The translations under genes were made by a program, and so were the position numbers. A stretch of DNA of 63,170 nt, the filler included, from Kipferlia bialata (taxonomy: Eukaryota), in NCBI GenBank assembly GCA_003568945.1. It is 7 parts of 7 records of this genome, joined end to end, with 100 filler letters (N's around TTAATTAATTAA, not from the genome) between each part and the next. Parts side by side here need not be neighbours in the genome. Positions count along the whole stretch, not along the records: positions 19,970 to 29,840 come from BDIP01001541.1; positions 29,941 to 33,308 come from BDIP01001542.1; positions 33,409 to 43,273 come from BDIP01001543.1; 4 more parts are not named here. One strand, given 5' to 3'. The notes under the pieces are model-generated. The model was not told the origin of the DNA. It worked only from the letters and a program-made list of their open reading frames with translations, and did not search any database. Shown here piece after piece: positions 27,795 to 40,100 of the stretch; within the stretch, counting starts at the first letter, position 1; the number at the start of each line of letters is the position of its first letter.

Positions 27795-29498
27795 TTCTAT
27801 ATATATCATACCTACTGTAGTGAATATTTGTGTGTGTACTGTCTCACCCACATGTCCTATTCCTCCCCCACCCTGTCCGATGCAACCACTGAGGAAGTGA
27901 CATCAGAGGAGGAGAGGGACTTCTCCTGGAGGGTTACCCCATCAGACACAGAGGTGCTTTGTGTATGAGATATATATATGTATATACGTATTGTAGCTGA
28001 ATAGGTGTCTGTCCAGCAGGTCCTTTCTCCTTATCTTGAGTGTTACTATGTGGCCCTATTGGGATCACTCGCTCACCCTAGTGTACAGAAAGGGTGCGTC
28101 TCTCTCTTCCAGAGAACGCAGAGAGTTGCATTGCTTATTATACAGAGTATCCTCTTCTAACTGGCAGAGTGGCGAGGCACCCTCACTCTCTGCCAGAGAG
28201 CGCAGAGAGAGGCTATTGACCAGACACATCCTGCTGAGTGAGGCCACCTGGAAGGCAACCCACATCCAGTGCGACCCAGGTGGGACAGTGTTGTGTAGAT
28301 GTATATATATTCAAGTACTGACACTATATGTGTATGTATTTATATATATAGTCAAGTACTAGTCCTATATGTACATATGTATATATGTTCATATATACAC
28401 ATGAACATATACATAGACAGCAAGTGTGATACAGTATCTGTAGAGAGCTCTATATGTTCTCACCCTAGGTCTGCAGAGAGACCTAGCAGAGGTGCAGAGT
28501 GGGTATGACTCTGTTGTGTCACGTACACGCCAGCAGGTCAAGAACCAGCCTCAGTTCTCAGAGGTACGTAGTACATACAGTGTACCCTCACGATTCTCTC
28601 AGACAGAAGAGTATATACTGATTGGAAAACAGTCAGAGTCATTTGATAAGAGGTCAGGCTGACCTGTATGTCAGCGCTTGTATATGATATATACTGGTGG
28701 CTCTCTAATCCAGGTTGTATGCCGCACCCCAAGAGATGAGCGCTGTTCAACAGCCAGGGTCAGCAAAGTGCCCCCACTGGTGAGGCCAGTAGGTAGGGCT
28801 TCAAAACTATACTCATACATCTATATCAAAGACATTTGAAACCTCACCCGTAGATGATGACACCATCAGTGATGACGACCTTCGCAAGGAGATCAAGGTC
28901 CGTATACATATGCTTCCTCTTTGAATAATCATACTTGTGACTGACCTATAGAGACACTGTTACTGGTATAGATGGATAGGTGTGTCGTTGTGTCTCTATG
29001 TATACTATACTGTCCAAGTATACCCGTACTATTCCATACACTCACCCTAGAGGCTCGAAGCCCAGAGAGACAGACGCCTGAAGCGTCTCAGGCAAGACAG
29101 GATCTACATGCACATGGTGGGCATTGCCTATGCCAGGGCAGCTGAGAACACCACAGATCCAGGTAATGTATGTCCAGTAACAACTTCACTAATATTCTGT
29201 ATATGAATTCTAGTGTACGGGCACAATACTGTCCTTACCCTTGTATATTGTTGAGTGGGTACTTTCTTACCCCAGAGGCCAAGCAGCTGATGCAGGACAT
29301 GCTGGTCATACTATAGTCAAAGACTATATACTCAATCAGCGTTAATGGTCTATTCAAGTGTGTGTACACTATTAGTTGTATCTGATATACCTCACCCCAG
29401 AGGCCAAGCAGCTGATGCAGGACATGCTGGCCCTCTACGGCAGAAAGGTGGCTGAGATCACCAAGGAGACCCTGGTTAGTGATAGTATCTATGCATGA
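25153..29498 (+). CDS. Multi-exon hypothetical protein with helical C-terminus (boundaries approximate)
   Basis: In-frame splicing gives ...VPGMDGVQWRLA|GEFTLIEPGTIVTMPFKTD|RHTQTVQSLSVAQQEFI|RERLSDPELMGRIYWEELQQLAP... and ...DDDLRKEIK|RLEAQRDRRLKRLRQDRIYMHMVGIAYARAAENTTDP|EAKQLMQDMLALYGRKVAEITKETL. Confidence 0.6.
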
Positions 29499-29840
29499 GG
29501 CTTGGTGACAATGAAAACATTGCAGTACATGAATATTCTCACCTGATGTCTGCTGCTTGTACACTGAAAACCAGGACAGGGTCAAGTCCCAATCCGATTT
29601 CGTAGACTAGTCCCTGACTAGTAATCAGGTCTCCTACCAGACCATTCCCAGACCCACAAGTGGGGCCAACAAATAGATATTCACCTCTAAATGAGTCTCT
29701 TGGACCCAGACTGAGTGGAGTGATGTAGTGGGTGGTTACACCCTTTTTCATTTTTGGTTTTTCGAGTTGTGCCGCAATGTGTACCCAGTCTGCCTTTCCT
29801 TCCCCCCTGTCTTTCTGAGCTAGTGACCATGTCCTGTGAC

Positions 29841-29940
29841 NNNNNNNNNNNNNNNNNNNNNNNNNNNNNNNNNNNNNNNNNNNNTTAATTAATTAANNNN
29901 NNNNNNNNNNNNNNNNNNNNNNNNNNNNNNNNNNNNNNNN
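29841..29940. other. Artificial contig linker
   Basis: N44-TTAATTAATTAA-N44. Confidence 0.99.
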
Positions 29941-29965
29941 GGGGGGGGCGGGGGGGTGGGGGGGT

Positions 29966-29996
<31 letters not shown>

Positions 29997-30309
29997 TACC
30001 ACTTGGGCAACAGGCTCCGCCACTATATAGTAATACTAGGTCTCGCTACACCCACTACAATACACAGCAATGTATATATACATGGTGTCGTATATGAATG
30101 GTACCTAATAGTGCACACCAGAGCACCCCTCTCATGTTCATGGACCCCCCCTCCCCTCACAATCACAGTACAACCACTGTATAGACTCAGTGGATGCTGC
30201 TGGGGGAGTACAGACTCTGCAGGGTGGGGGTATGCTCTATTGTGCTATGAATAGTGAAACCGGAAGGCGGTACCTGAACCCTTTTGTAGTTTTTGAATGT
30301 GAAGACATC

Positions 30310-32620
30310 ACGGACACCGACCGTCGGTGACCGACGGTGTCACACCGTGATGTGTCACAGTGACCGTGATTCACGAATCTGCACTGAGGGCAGACTCCAC
30401 TGTGGAGTACATTGGCTCTTCTTGTTTTCAGATGAGGATACCGCTATCCCCACTGTCGCATCACGTGATCTTACTTGGAACAGGCCCTGTTCAACAGGCA
30501 GTAGTCATATGATTTTTCAATATTTTTGAAGCCCTAACAGGCAGTAATCATATAATTATCAGTTCTTGTTCATCAATCTCCTCTTCAATTGGAAGCGATC
30601 GGGCAGGTTGCAAATTGCATCTTGCAATGTCTCTGATAGTTGCAGACTCTGCAGTGGACATGTGTGACAAACGGTTTGTCACAAACCCCGAGTGAAAGCA
30701 CAAGTTTCCCTGATGTTCCGGAATTTCTCATCACTCTGGATCAAAATCTGAAGGTACCAATGGAACTTAACTGTATTCTGACAGAACATCTTCTCGTTTC
30801 TGGGACGCGAAGCCATATTCATGCTACCTTACCCCCAAATGCAACGCGACTCGCGTTACTAGAGGCTCACGTGTAGTAGTATTGCCAAGATGCTCTTAAT
30901 ACATGGAGACAAGTCCACACTGACAACCTATTCACGACTCGTGAATCACGAGTATATGGGTCATAAAGTATGGCACTTCAAGTCTCCCTTCAGGCCCTGA
31001 AGTTTCAAATGTAAGAGATAGCCCTGAATCAGAGCAATATCATATATTAGAGGTATAGTCTAATTTCTCGCCCTGGTAATATAAGCTGTATTTCTCCCCC
31101 AGTGACTTTGGTAGGTTCTACATAATCTAATGTCTTCAGACTAAAGAGCACTAAAGTTTAGTGCTCTTGTATTATACAAGTGGGTAGATTCTACTGGTAG
31201 AAGTTCTACCGTAGAACTTGAGCCTCAAGACTTGAGGACTTTACCATAATTAGTAAATATCTATTACCATAATTCCTAGCTATTTTGAAATAGGGTAGGC
31301 TTAGTGTACCTGAAGAAGGAGAGAGAGAGACTGTGTTACCCATATCGAGTGACCTTCGGACCTCCGTCGCCGGAGAAGATCGGACCTATCCCTCGGTCCA
31401 TGGTATCCATAAATATGTTTGTATTATATTGATTTTTTTATTTATTTATTTTTTTTTTTTACATGATAGTGCTGGCACTATCATGCTGGGACATGAACGA
31501 CAGTGTGCTTAGACTCCTAACTTAGGAGTCCTAAGATGCAATTGTAAGTGGGTAACAGTGTAACTTACGTAGGGTGTTTACTGGACTACAAAATTTCTTT
31601 TGGTGTTACAGTTGTACTAAGCTTAAAAGGGGCTCACAACACATATCTATTAAAATGCCGGACTCCAACTGACCAGCGTGACGGCCACTCCCACTCTCAG
31701 TTGGAGAGGAGGGTGGTGACTCACCAGCGTGACGCAAAGTGAAGACACTAAGCGTGACACAATCAAGAAGACTCTCTGAGAGGGTGATCCATCTCGACGG
31801 CTACATTGTCCATATACAATACGACCGCTACCACCCGCAGAGCCCCACCTATAGTGAACTACAACAACGTCTCGAGTCCTTCACGCCTAGAGATTCTGGA
31901 CATGATGCAGCTTGGAAGAGGCCTGAGGTTGGATAGAGTCTCTATCTCTAATAGAGCTAGTCTCTCAGGTGTATGTATATGTACTATTGTATAAACACTG
32001 TGTAATATTGTATATATAATATATATACATATGTGTATGTCACGCTATATATACTGACCGTCCCTAAGGGCAGTTACACGTATGAGGTTGGGAGAGTGGC
32101 TACTACTAGTAGCCTACTAGAGATGCCGAGTCGGCATTGCCGACTATAGATATATGTACGTATATATATATAAATGTATATCACCGACCCTCAGGGGTCT
32201 TCGAGCCTTCCCAGGGTGGGAGTACTGCCCCTGCTGCCTCGGTCACCCCCGAGACTATGCAGCAACTGGTCCAGCTCCTTACCGATCAGGTAAACCAGTC
32301 TGTGGCCAACCTAGGCGCCCAGCTCGCTCAGCAGCTCGGTGGTAGGCGCGCAGGGAACACCCCTGCTTTGCCTAACATCTTCCCGGAGTACCTGGAGTGC
32401 TTTCGGTTTCGCGTTCAAGTCTCTCTGAGATTTGTGATATATAGTATAAGGAATAATGTCAGTAAACTATATACTAATAGTATATGACAGTATCATTGAT
32501 ACATATATCGGTCTATGTATATAGTCCTAAGTATATGTGACACATATTATGTATATGTATATACCTATGTATGGGAGAGTGGCTGACACCATAGCCTGCC
32601 GTTCGCCGAACGGTTCGGAA
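30310..32620. repeat. Dense cluster of short perfect palindromes/hairpins with 1-2 nt centres
   Basis: ccgtcggt-g-accgacgg (~30321), tgtgacaaac-g-gtttgtcaca (~30663), attcacga-c-tcgtgaat (~30930), aagagcactaaa-g-tttagtgctctt (~31144), catgatagtgc-tg-gcactatcatg (~31462), gactcctaa-c-ttaggagtc (~31512), tgccga-g-tcggca-t-tgccga (~32124). Confidence 0.85.
32195..32430 (+). CDS. Isolated GC-rich exon-like segment encoding an amphipathic Gln/Leu helix; gene fragment or mobile-element remnant
   Basis: Acceptor gaccctcag| is followed by VFEPSQGGSTAPAASVTPETMQQLVQLLTDQVNQSVANLGAQLAQQLGGRRAGNTPALPNIFPEYL. The composition is coding-like against AT-rich flanks. No downstream exons were found. Confidence 0.35.
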
Positions 32621-33308
32621 GTTGAGGTAGATCTTCTAGCCTATAGAGTGAGTGTTTGTAGGCATACATACATACACACACACACATATAAATGTATATA
32701 TTTATGTGTGTGTGTGTGTGTGTGTGTTCTGGTACCTATGGATATATATGGAAAGGGAGTGACTCACATACACGATATCCTGATCAATACATTCTACCAG
32801 ACAATCAAATCATATGTATCAATATCATTTTTACGTGTATAATACAAGGTGTATCTATCTCATACCTACACAGATGTTGTTTTGGTCGCGGAGTAGAGAG
32901 AGAGGCTCAGTAGAGAGGGAAAGAGAGAGAGAGATAGATAGGTTGTGTAGGACCTACACTGTAGGTAAGACTCAGCCGGCACTGGAGAGAAGGTGTGTAG
33001 AGAGAGAAAAGAGTGTATATACATCTACGGAAAAGAGGTAGAATGCATAGTACTCGATCTTATACTAGCAAGAGAGAGTAACATCTGATAGAACGTGGGC
33101 GTCTATAACGCGATTGCAATGGTCACAATATATACATATACCTATGTATACCATTAATAGTGATCACAGTGTAATTAGTTCACGACTGAAAATGAGTAGT
33201 ACCGTCTATATAACTACAAGCACTATACATCATACAATACGTCTTACCTGCACATAAATGTGAGTCTTTGGTCGCTGTGGGCAGACACCACTACGAAAAC
33301 CCAGTCAC

Positions 33309-33408
33309 NNNNNNNNNNNNNNNNNNNNNNNNNNNNNNNNNNNNNNNNNNNNTTAATTAATTAANNNNNNNNNNNNNNNNNNNNNNNNNNNNNNNNNNNN
33401 NNNNNNNN
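33309..33408. other. Artificial contig linker
   Basis: N44-TTAATTAATTAA-N44. Confidence 0.99.
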
Positions 33409-33410
33409 GG

Positions 33411-33578
33411 GGGCCTCTGGTGACTGTGGATCCCTCTGATGCCCACAACGACCCTGGTCTGATACACCCCCATCAGGCTGACACACTGCATGCCAGGGTG
33501 TGTGCCATGCATGATGGCAGGATCATGTGCTACGATAAGGTGCTGGGGAGCATATACGTGGTGGACCTGGGAGTCTGA
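33411..33578 (+). CDS. 3' end of a gene, possibly the last blade of a beta-propeller/kelch-like protein
   Basis: Open frame from the contig edge: GPLVTVDPSDAHNDPGLIHPHQADTLHARVCAMHDGRIMCYDKVLGSIYVVDLGV*. Confidence 0.5.
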   Translation, partial: GPLVTVDPSDAHNDPGLIHPHQADTLHARVCAMHDGRIMCYDKVLGSIYVVDLGV

Positions 33579-35719
33579 TGGTTGTCGCCCCGCTAACGGT
33601 GTGCACTTCTACCATAGTTTCAACCACACTCTCAATGAATAGATGTAGTATTTTACCTACCTAGGTATTCACCACCCTCACTGACGCCACCAGTGGCACT
33701 AGCAATACACACATCCAAGGGAACAGAACACGTCTACAACATATCTATCTGACACATACTGATAATCCGATCAAATATCACCGTTGCGTATACGTGGTGG
33801 ACCTTGGGGTAGAATAGATACACCCTCTGATCGTGAGTCTTGGAAATTATCTCTTAACTATGCTCCAAGAATACTCTCGCTGTCTTCTATTCTACGATCA
33901 CTCAGTAGGGCAGAGAGAGGACACCCATATCCTCGTCTGAGTATATGGATATTCAGAAACACGCGACAATTATTTCAAGAGCTTTGAGTCAGCTGTTCTG
34001 ACCACCACTCTCTTTTGGCCTGATGTCTGTTTTAGTCATCTACTCCAACGCCACTCTACATTCTCTAGTGTCCTGGCCTGGCTCCCTTAGTACTCCTCCT
34101 TCTCCCCCTACCACTAAGCCTTTTCTCTCTTCTGGTGCTACCACACTCTACTACCAGGACACCCTATGTGTTAGGAAGTGCACAACGAGCTATTGTCCCA
34201 CAATCGACACGTAGCATACGTAGGAACCCTTCTTTCTCGTCCTTGGTTAAAGTACTCAGCTGTATAGTTTGCGTCTTACACTGTTGTTGCGGTGTTTATG
34301 CCACAAGTGTGTTCCAGAGCAGAGGGTGTCGACCACAGTATTGCGCAAACGAGGGACTCTATCCCTGTGGTTTTAACATATCGTTTGTGTTGTGTTACAC
34401 AACTTGTGTACATATTTGCTGGGTTGGCAACAGCTACCTTGCTCGAAACCAATTTCACTCAAATAGGAAATCTTGCACACGTAGAAGCGGGGAACATAAT
34501 GTGTTCAACACACCTACTGTGCTTTCCTCTCCCTGTGATGACGAGTAGGTAGACCCTTCTGTCACACAGGTCTAACTGGGGTGTTTTAGAAAGAGCGAGT
34601 GGGAAGATATATATGTATACACTGCAACGTGTATCACGTACTCCTGTCGGGAATCCTGAAACTATATTTCTAAATACCTCCTCTATGCACCCCTTCAAAT
34701 TGAAAGTTTCAATACACACTGTGCTTGACTTACTGTACAACCATGCAGGTTCAGATGGCAGATATGTGTCTTCTTGCCCTGTGCACAACTCCACTTCAGA
34801 ACAGGGTCCGGCACATGCTCAGATCCAGATGATGGTGTTATGCAGTGACATGTGACTCACAAGTGTCGTACTCTACGCCCCTTACAAACCAGCAACGACT
34901 TCAAATGAGAAGAACAGATATCCGCTCCGACAACCGTATTTGCGGACCTACGAAGGCCAGTGTTCGCAGCCTACGAACCCTCGCCAATAGAACTGCTCTA
35001 TATTACATATATATATTGATATTACTCTAAACACGAAACGATATACAAGAGTGTGGCGTAAGCACTGCAAACTGCACATTGCAAATAGTGGTACGTTTTA
35101 CAGAGTGACACAGGTCAGATCTTACTAGGATCACTTGTATGCAGATACAAATTTTGAACTCCATTCTTCTATACAATCAATACTCTATTCATCTTGACTA
35201 GTTCGGTTTGTATTGACACACCATTTTGATAATGACAACACAGACTATGGATTACGAAGTATCAATATGTAGTACTGAATTAGAGGTCCACTGCGAGAAG
35301 TATATGTGTCTTGAGGTAAGTAATACCAATGATTTAGTGGACCACTAAATTAGACGGTCAAGTGATGCCTTCTAGATGGAAGACTTCACTAGTACTGTTG
35401 ACCGAATGTATAGTGTTATTGAAAGCCTCCTGAATGAATAGATATCCTCGCAACTGATTACCTGAGGACCTGACGAAGGTTGGCTATCGTCTATACAGTT
35501 GTTTCTATCTCTAAGCTCTTGCGTACAAGAAGTAACTTGTGTCAGGAGGACTAAACACAGGAAATACCCACCAATATCCGAGGTATACTTAGTGTTGTGT
35601 CCATGGTGTATTAGAGGAAGAAGTGTGAACACATCTCTCTAGCCATGGGGACTTATAGTTACGGTATGCATACTGGTCAATACAGCCACAATATCTACTC
35701 TAACCGTAGCCACACTGCA

Positions 35720-36852
35720 ATGTCTCTGCCGTGGTATGAAAGGGAGAGGGAGAGAAGAGACAGAACACTGCAACTGGAGAATGCCACTGTATCCACGGGG
35801 TCTCACCCCCTTGGTCCACCTCATGGGCTAGGGTAGTGTCCACAGGGCATGACACATTTATAGCTATACAGAAGCAGGGGGAGGTGGATGTGTTCTACCA
35901 GTTCAGGCTGGACTCTGAGGGGAGTCTAGTGTGTGGTGACTCGTGGACACTGGCTGCGTCTTGGTTGGGAGGCAGCCGTGACAACATGGTATACATAGGG
36001 GGAGAGGTGCTGTCATATGTAAGGGAAGATGCCGCACCTACACGTGGTATCCACATACTCGATGCTGCGGATCCAACCCGTGGAGTACTCACTCAACCTA
36101 GGGCACACACACTCTCTCGTGGCACTGATGGCCGGACAGAGACGTCTGATCACCTCTCCTACACCGGTATCCTTTACCCGTGCGTGCTTGATGATCGAGT
36201 TGTTGTGTTTGTAAAGAGTGAAAGATCGACTGAGACTCTGGTCCGACAACTTATCGCACATCTATACTATCCAGAGAGCAATGCGTGGGCTGTAGATGTG
36301 GCTGAATGGAACCCCTACCATTTTTCGCTCGGCCCGTGCACTGTTGTCCACGGAGTGCTACACGTCTTCGACCTAATACTACGCCATCATTACACATACA
36401 CTCTGGATAAGGGTTGGAGAAAGGATGTACAGGTACCTAGAGGACTCTGTAAACGCGCGGAGTACGTGTTTGGTGCTCAGGTATCTGATTATATATCACT
36501 GGTAATAATATGACATATTGAATATGCTAAGATCTCACTTATCATATCTAATAGATATTATCTATATACTTCTCATTTTCAGAGTGTTGGTCGCCTGATT
36601 GTGCTGTTTCTGGAGAAGGAGTATGTAGTGTTACACGACACCGTCAGTGGCGAGTGGTGTGCTGTGGAGTGGGTTAAGCACCAACACAGAGAGTGTGTTA
36701 AACTAGGGGAGGGACAGTTTGTCCAGGTAGTGCGTCGTGGGATTGGCCCTGATGCTGCAGGGTGTCACGTATCTGTAGTGACTCTCAATGAGGCTCTGAT
36801 CTACCCCAGTGAGCAGATGGGGTGGGTGTGTGAGATTTATTGGACACAGTAG
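35720..36852 (+). CDS. Divergent kelch-like beta-propeller protein; 5' end unresolved (possible frameshift)
   Basis: ORF 35836-36480 splices (intron 36481-36582) to SVGRLIVLFLEKEYVVLHDTVSGEW...LNEALIYPSEQMGWVCEIYWTQ*. Kelch-like motifs include LYYPESNAW, CTVVHGVLHVF, YTLDKGW and HDTVSGEW. The upstream ATG at 35720 (MSLPWYE...) is in another frame and stops at 35836. Confidence 0.65.
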
Positions 36853-37170
36853 GTATCTGAGTCTGCTCAGTAGAAAGAGAACTCATTTGAAACACTGACA
36901 AGTTGTGAGTCACAAGTTTTGACTCACAAAACATAATAGACAACTGGATTGTGAACTATCTAAGAGTACTAAATCGTCTATTAGAGACTGGAACCGAAAC
37001 CTACGTAAGACTTAGGTCCTAAGTTAGGAATGATAGAGAATATTCCGGGCGCCTGTGAATACACTTGACTTCACAGGTGTCCATCATGTGGACATAAGAT
37101 CATCCACCCCTGGGATACACGAAAGGGTCCCTCGAACCGAAAAGTGTCACCCAGACGGGATAAGTATAAA

Positions 37171-40100
37171 CTATACAGGTACTCTGGTCACTGGGTTTGG
37201 TGTCTTAGACCTGCGACTAGATGCCCTGGGGTCAGTATAGATATATATATACATATATATATATAGTATACACATATGCAGTATTATCATGATCGACTAG
37301 ATGCCCTGGGGTCAGTGTATAGAGTGTGTTCCACACAATACATATACTTAGACTAGTATGAATATGACAGAGAAGCATTGTTATGCAGAAAGTAAGATCA
37401 GACTGGTTACTCAAGGGGAAGCATACATTATATATATCATTCGAAACCTGCATGTAAACACCACCCTCACCCACAGGACCCATATACATACATATATGTA
37501 AACACCATACCTGTATGTGAACATCACTCCCACCCAGAGGATATATACACATGATGAATATATATATACACATATTTACATACACTTATACATGTCATGT
37601 TAGTGAGTGTACCTGCATGTGAACATGACCCCCATCCAGAGTGTCTATATACAAGAGGGATTAGTGTGTATACACTTGATATATGGGTAGTGTATATATA
37701 TATACTGTACCTGCATGTGAACATGACCCCCATCCAGAGTGCCACTGCCCCATACCCACACAGGGCCCATAGGGTGACCTAGGTATTAGGTGCAGATATG
37801 CAGTATGAAAGACTGAATCAGAAAAAGAGAAACAGAAGACTATAGTCATTGAATGATGAATTCCCACAGGGCCACAACAACCTAGTGATAAGGAAATTAG
37901 TGAAATAGTATATATATATGCAGTCATCTGTCTTTGTATACTAAACTGGCAGACATCAGCTTACCTGGTATGACTAGGTACACACAAACCCACATGTATG
38001 TATATATATATATATTACAATTATATTTATAAATATATAGGTATTATACCTGGTATGATATGCCACTGCTGCTGGGTGCAGACTCCATCCAGTAGTCCTC
38101 AAGGTAGGACATCCTGGTGGTTAGTGCATTGAAATATGTGATGATCAAACCTTAAAATTTTTGATATATCAATGTGTATATATATCATCCTCACCTCCCA
38201 TCAGTCATCAAAGTGACTAGTGTATCACTCTCATGTTAGTGAGGGTAGCACATATACATATATATAGAGAGAGAGATACACTATATCAATTGTATATATA
38301 CCATCCTTATTATACCTCCCGTCTGACATCAAAGTGATGCCTCATCAGTACTTCTAATGTTCTCGATACATATATAATTCACTATATTGTATAGTACTCC
38401 CAAGTGAAATACCTCCCATCAGTCATCAAAGTCACCAGTGCCTCATTCATCGAGTCCAATAGGTCAGTCTCATCCCTGGACACCACGCTGTACACCTGCT
38501 GCAGCTCGGCAACCTAGAGGTTACGACATAACTATTGAGTATATATGTATATATATATATGGATCTATCTATACTTGAACACCACGCTGTACACCTGCTG
38601 CAGCTCGGCAACCTGAGGTTAAGAGGCATCCAATACAAATATACAAATACAAGTGCACACACATATGTATGCATAAATGCACTTCCCTGCCTCACTGTGT
38701 ACACACACATCTGCCTGTGTGTATACGTTGATACCTATCGATATAGATATATATACATATACATATATACTATCCCTACCTCGCTGTGTACACACACATC
38801 TGCCTGTGTGTATGCGTTGACACCTATGCATACATATATATACTTGTATACATACATACATATATATATATATACCTATACTATCCTCACCTCGCTGTGT
38901 ACACACACATCTGCCTGTGTGTATGCATTGACACCAATTGAAATGGAGTCAAGGTCACCAGAGCATGCAACGATGGGGGGGTCTGGGATGAGAGTATGTA
39001 CATACTGTTACACTATATAAAGCATACTTCCTTCAATATATATGTCGGTTCATGACACGATTAAGGTTTCTGCGATGAGTGTATAGAACAGGTGTACTGA
39101 ATATGTACACATACACATACATATATAAATACAGCAGAGTAGTATAAGTGTATCCTCACCCGACTCAAACAGAGTACTGAAGCAGTCATTCAAAGATACT
39201 TCTGGTTATGTACGAGTAGTATGGCATGTCACATACACTATGCACATTACCATATGTATATATATATACAGAGTCACCCACCTGACTCAAACAGAGCACT
39301 GAAGCAGTCATCGAAGGACTCCTCAGGATAGTCAACGGGGGCTGCACCCTCATCCAGCAGCCAGTCCCAGAAGGAGTTGCCAGACTCGGCTCCTGAAACA
39401 TTAGACACACACACATATATATAATTTATCATATATAGGAGGGAGAGAGAGAGGATTCAGTACCCAGTCCCAGAAGGATGTTGCCAGACTCGGCGCCTAA
39501 CATATTAGAAGGAGCAAAATATATTCATATAGGGGAGAGAGAGAGAGACGTATCAGTAGCCAGTCCCACAAGGAGTTGACGGATTCAGCTCCTTGTGTTA
39601 CATATTAGAAAGAGAACTCTATAGAAATACAATGTTGGATATTACGATATTACCGCCACTCCCGCACATATATGCAAACACGTACACACACATATATATA
39701 TATATATATGTATGTAGGCCTCTCTCTCTCTCTCTCTATAAATATATATTCATACCTATCGCCACTCCCTCTAAGGAGTCCAGGCTGAATGTCCCCGTGC
39801 CCTGCTCCACACCCTCCAGTGTGACAGCAGACAGATACAGGGCGAGAAGGATAGCGGAGACCTGAATATTAGGGTCTAAATATATACCTAATATGTATAA
39901 TCATAGATGTATAGAGTGACGGCAGACAGGTACAGGGCAAGGAGGATGGCTGAGACCTATCGGTTAGTGTATAGATATATATATAATGTAAAATAAGAAA
40001 TGTATAGGGCAGCAGATAAATAGAGGGCAAGGAAAACGACAGAGATTAAGGGTGTCAGTATACATATGACATATATAATGGGAATCTCTACTCAGTATGC

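Noticed and set aside
29941..29996. Poly-G/poly-C runs at contig ends (also ~19828, 43391, 53172, 63136)
   Set aside because: Homopolymers that likely broke the assembly. There is no telomeric repeat unit.
33600..35630. Possible minus-strand exons (e.g. ELRDRNNCIDDSQPSSGPQ|gt)
   Set aside because: I could not build a consistent spliced model or recognise a family.
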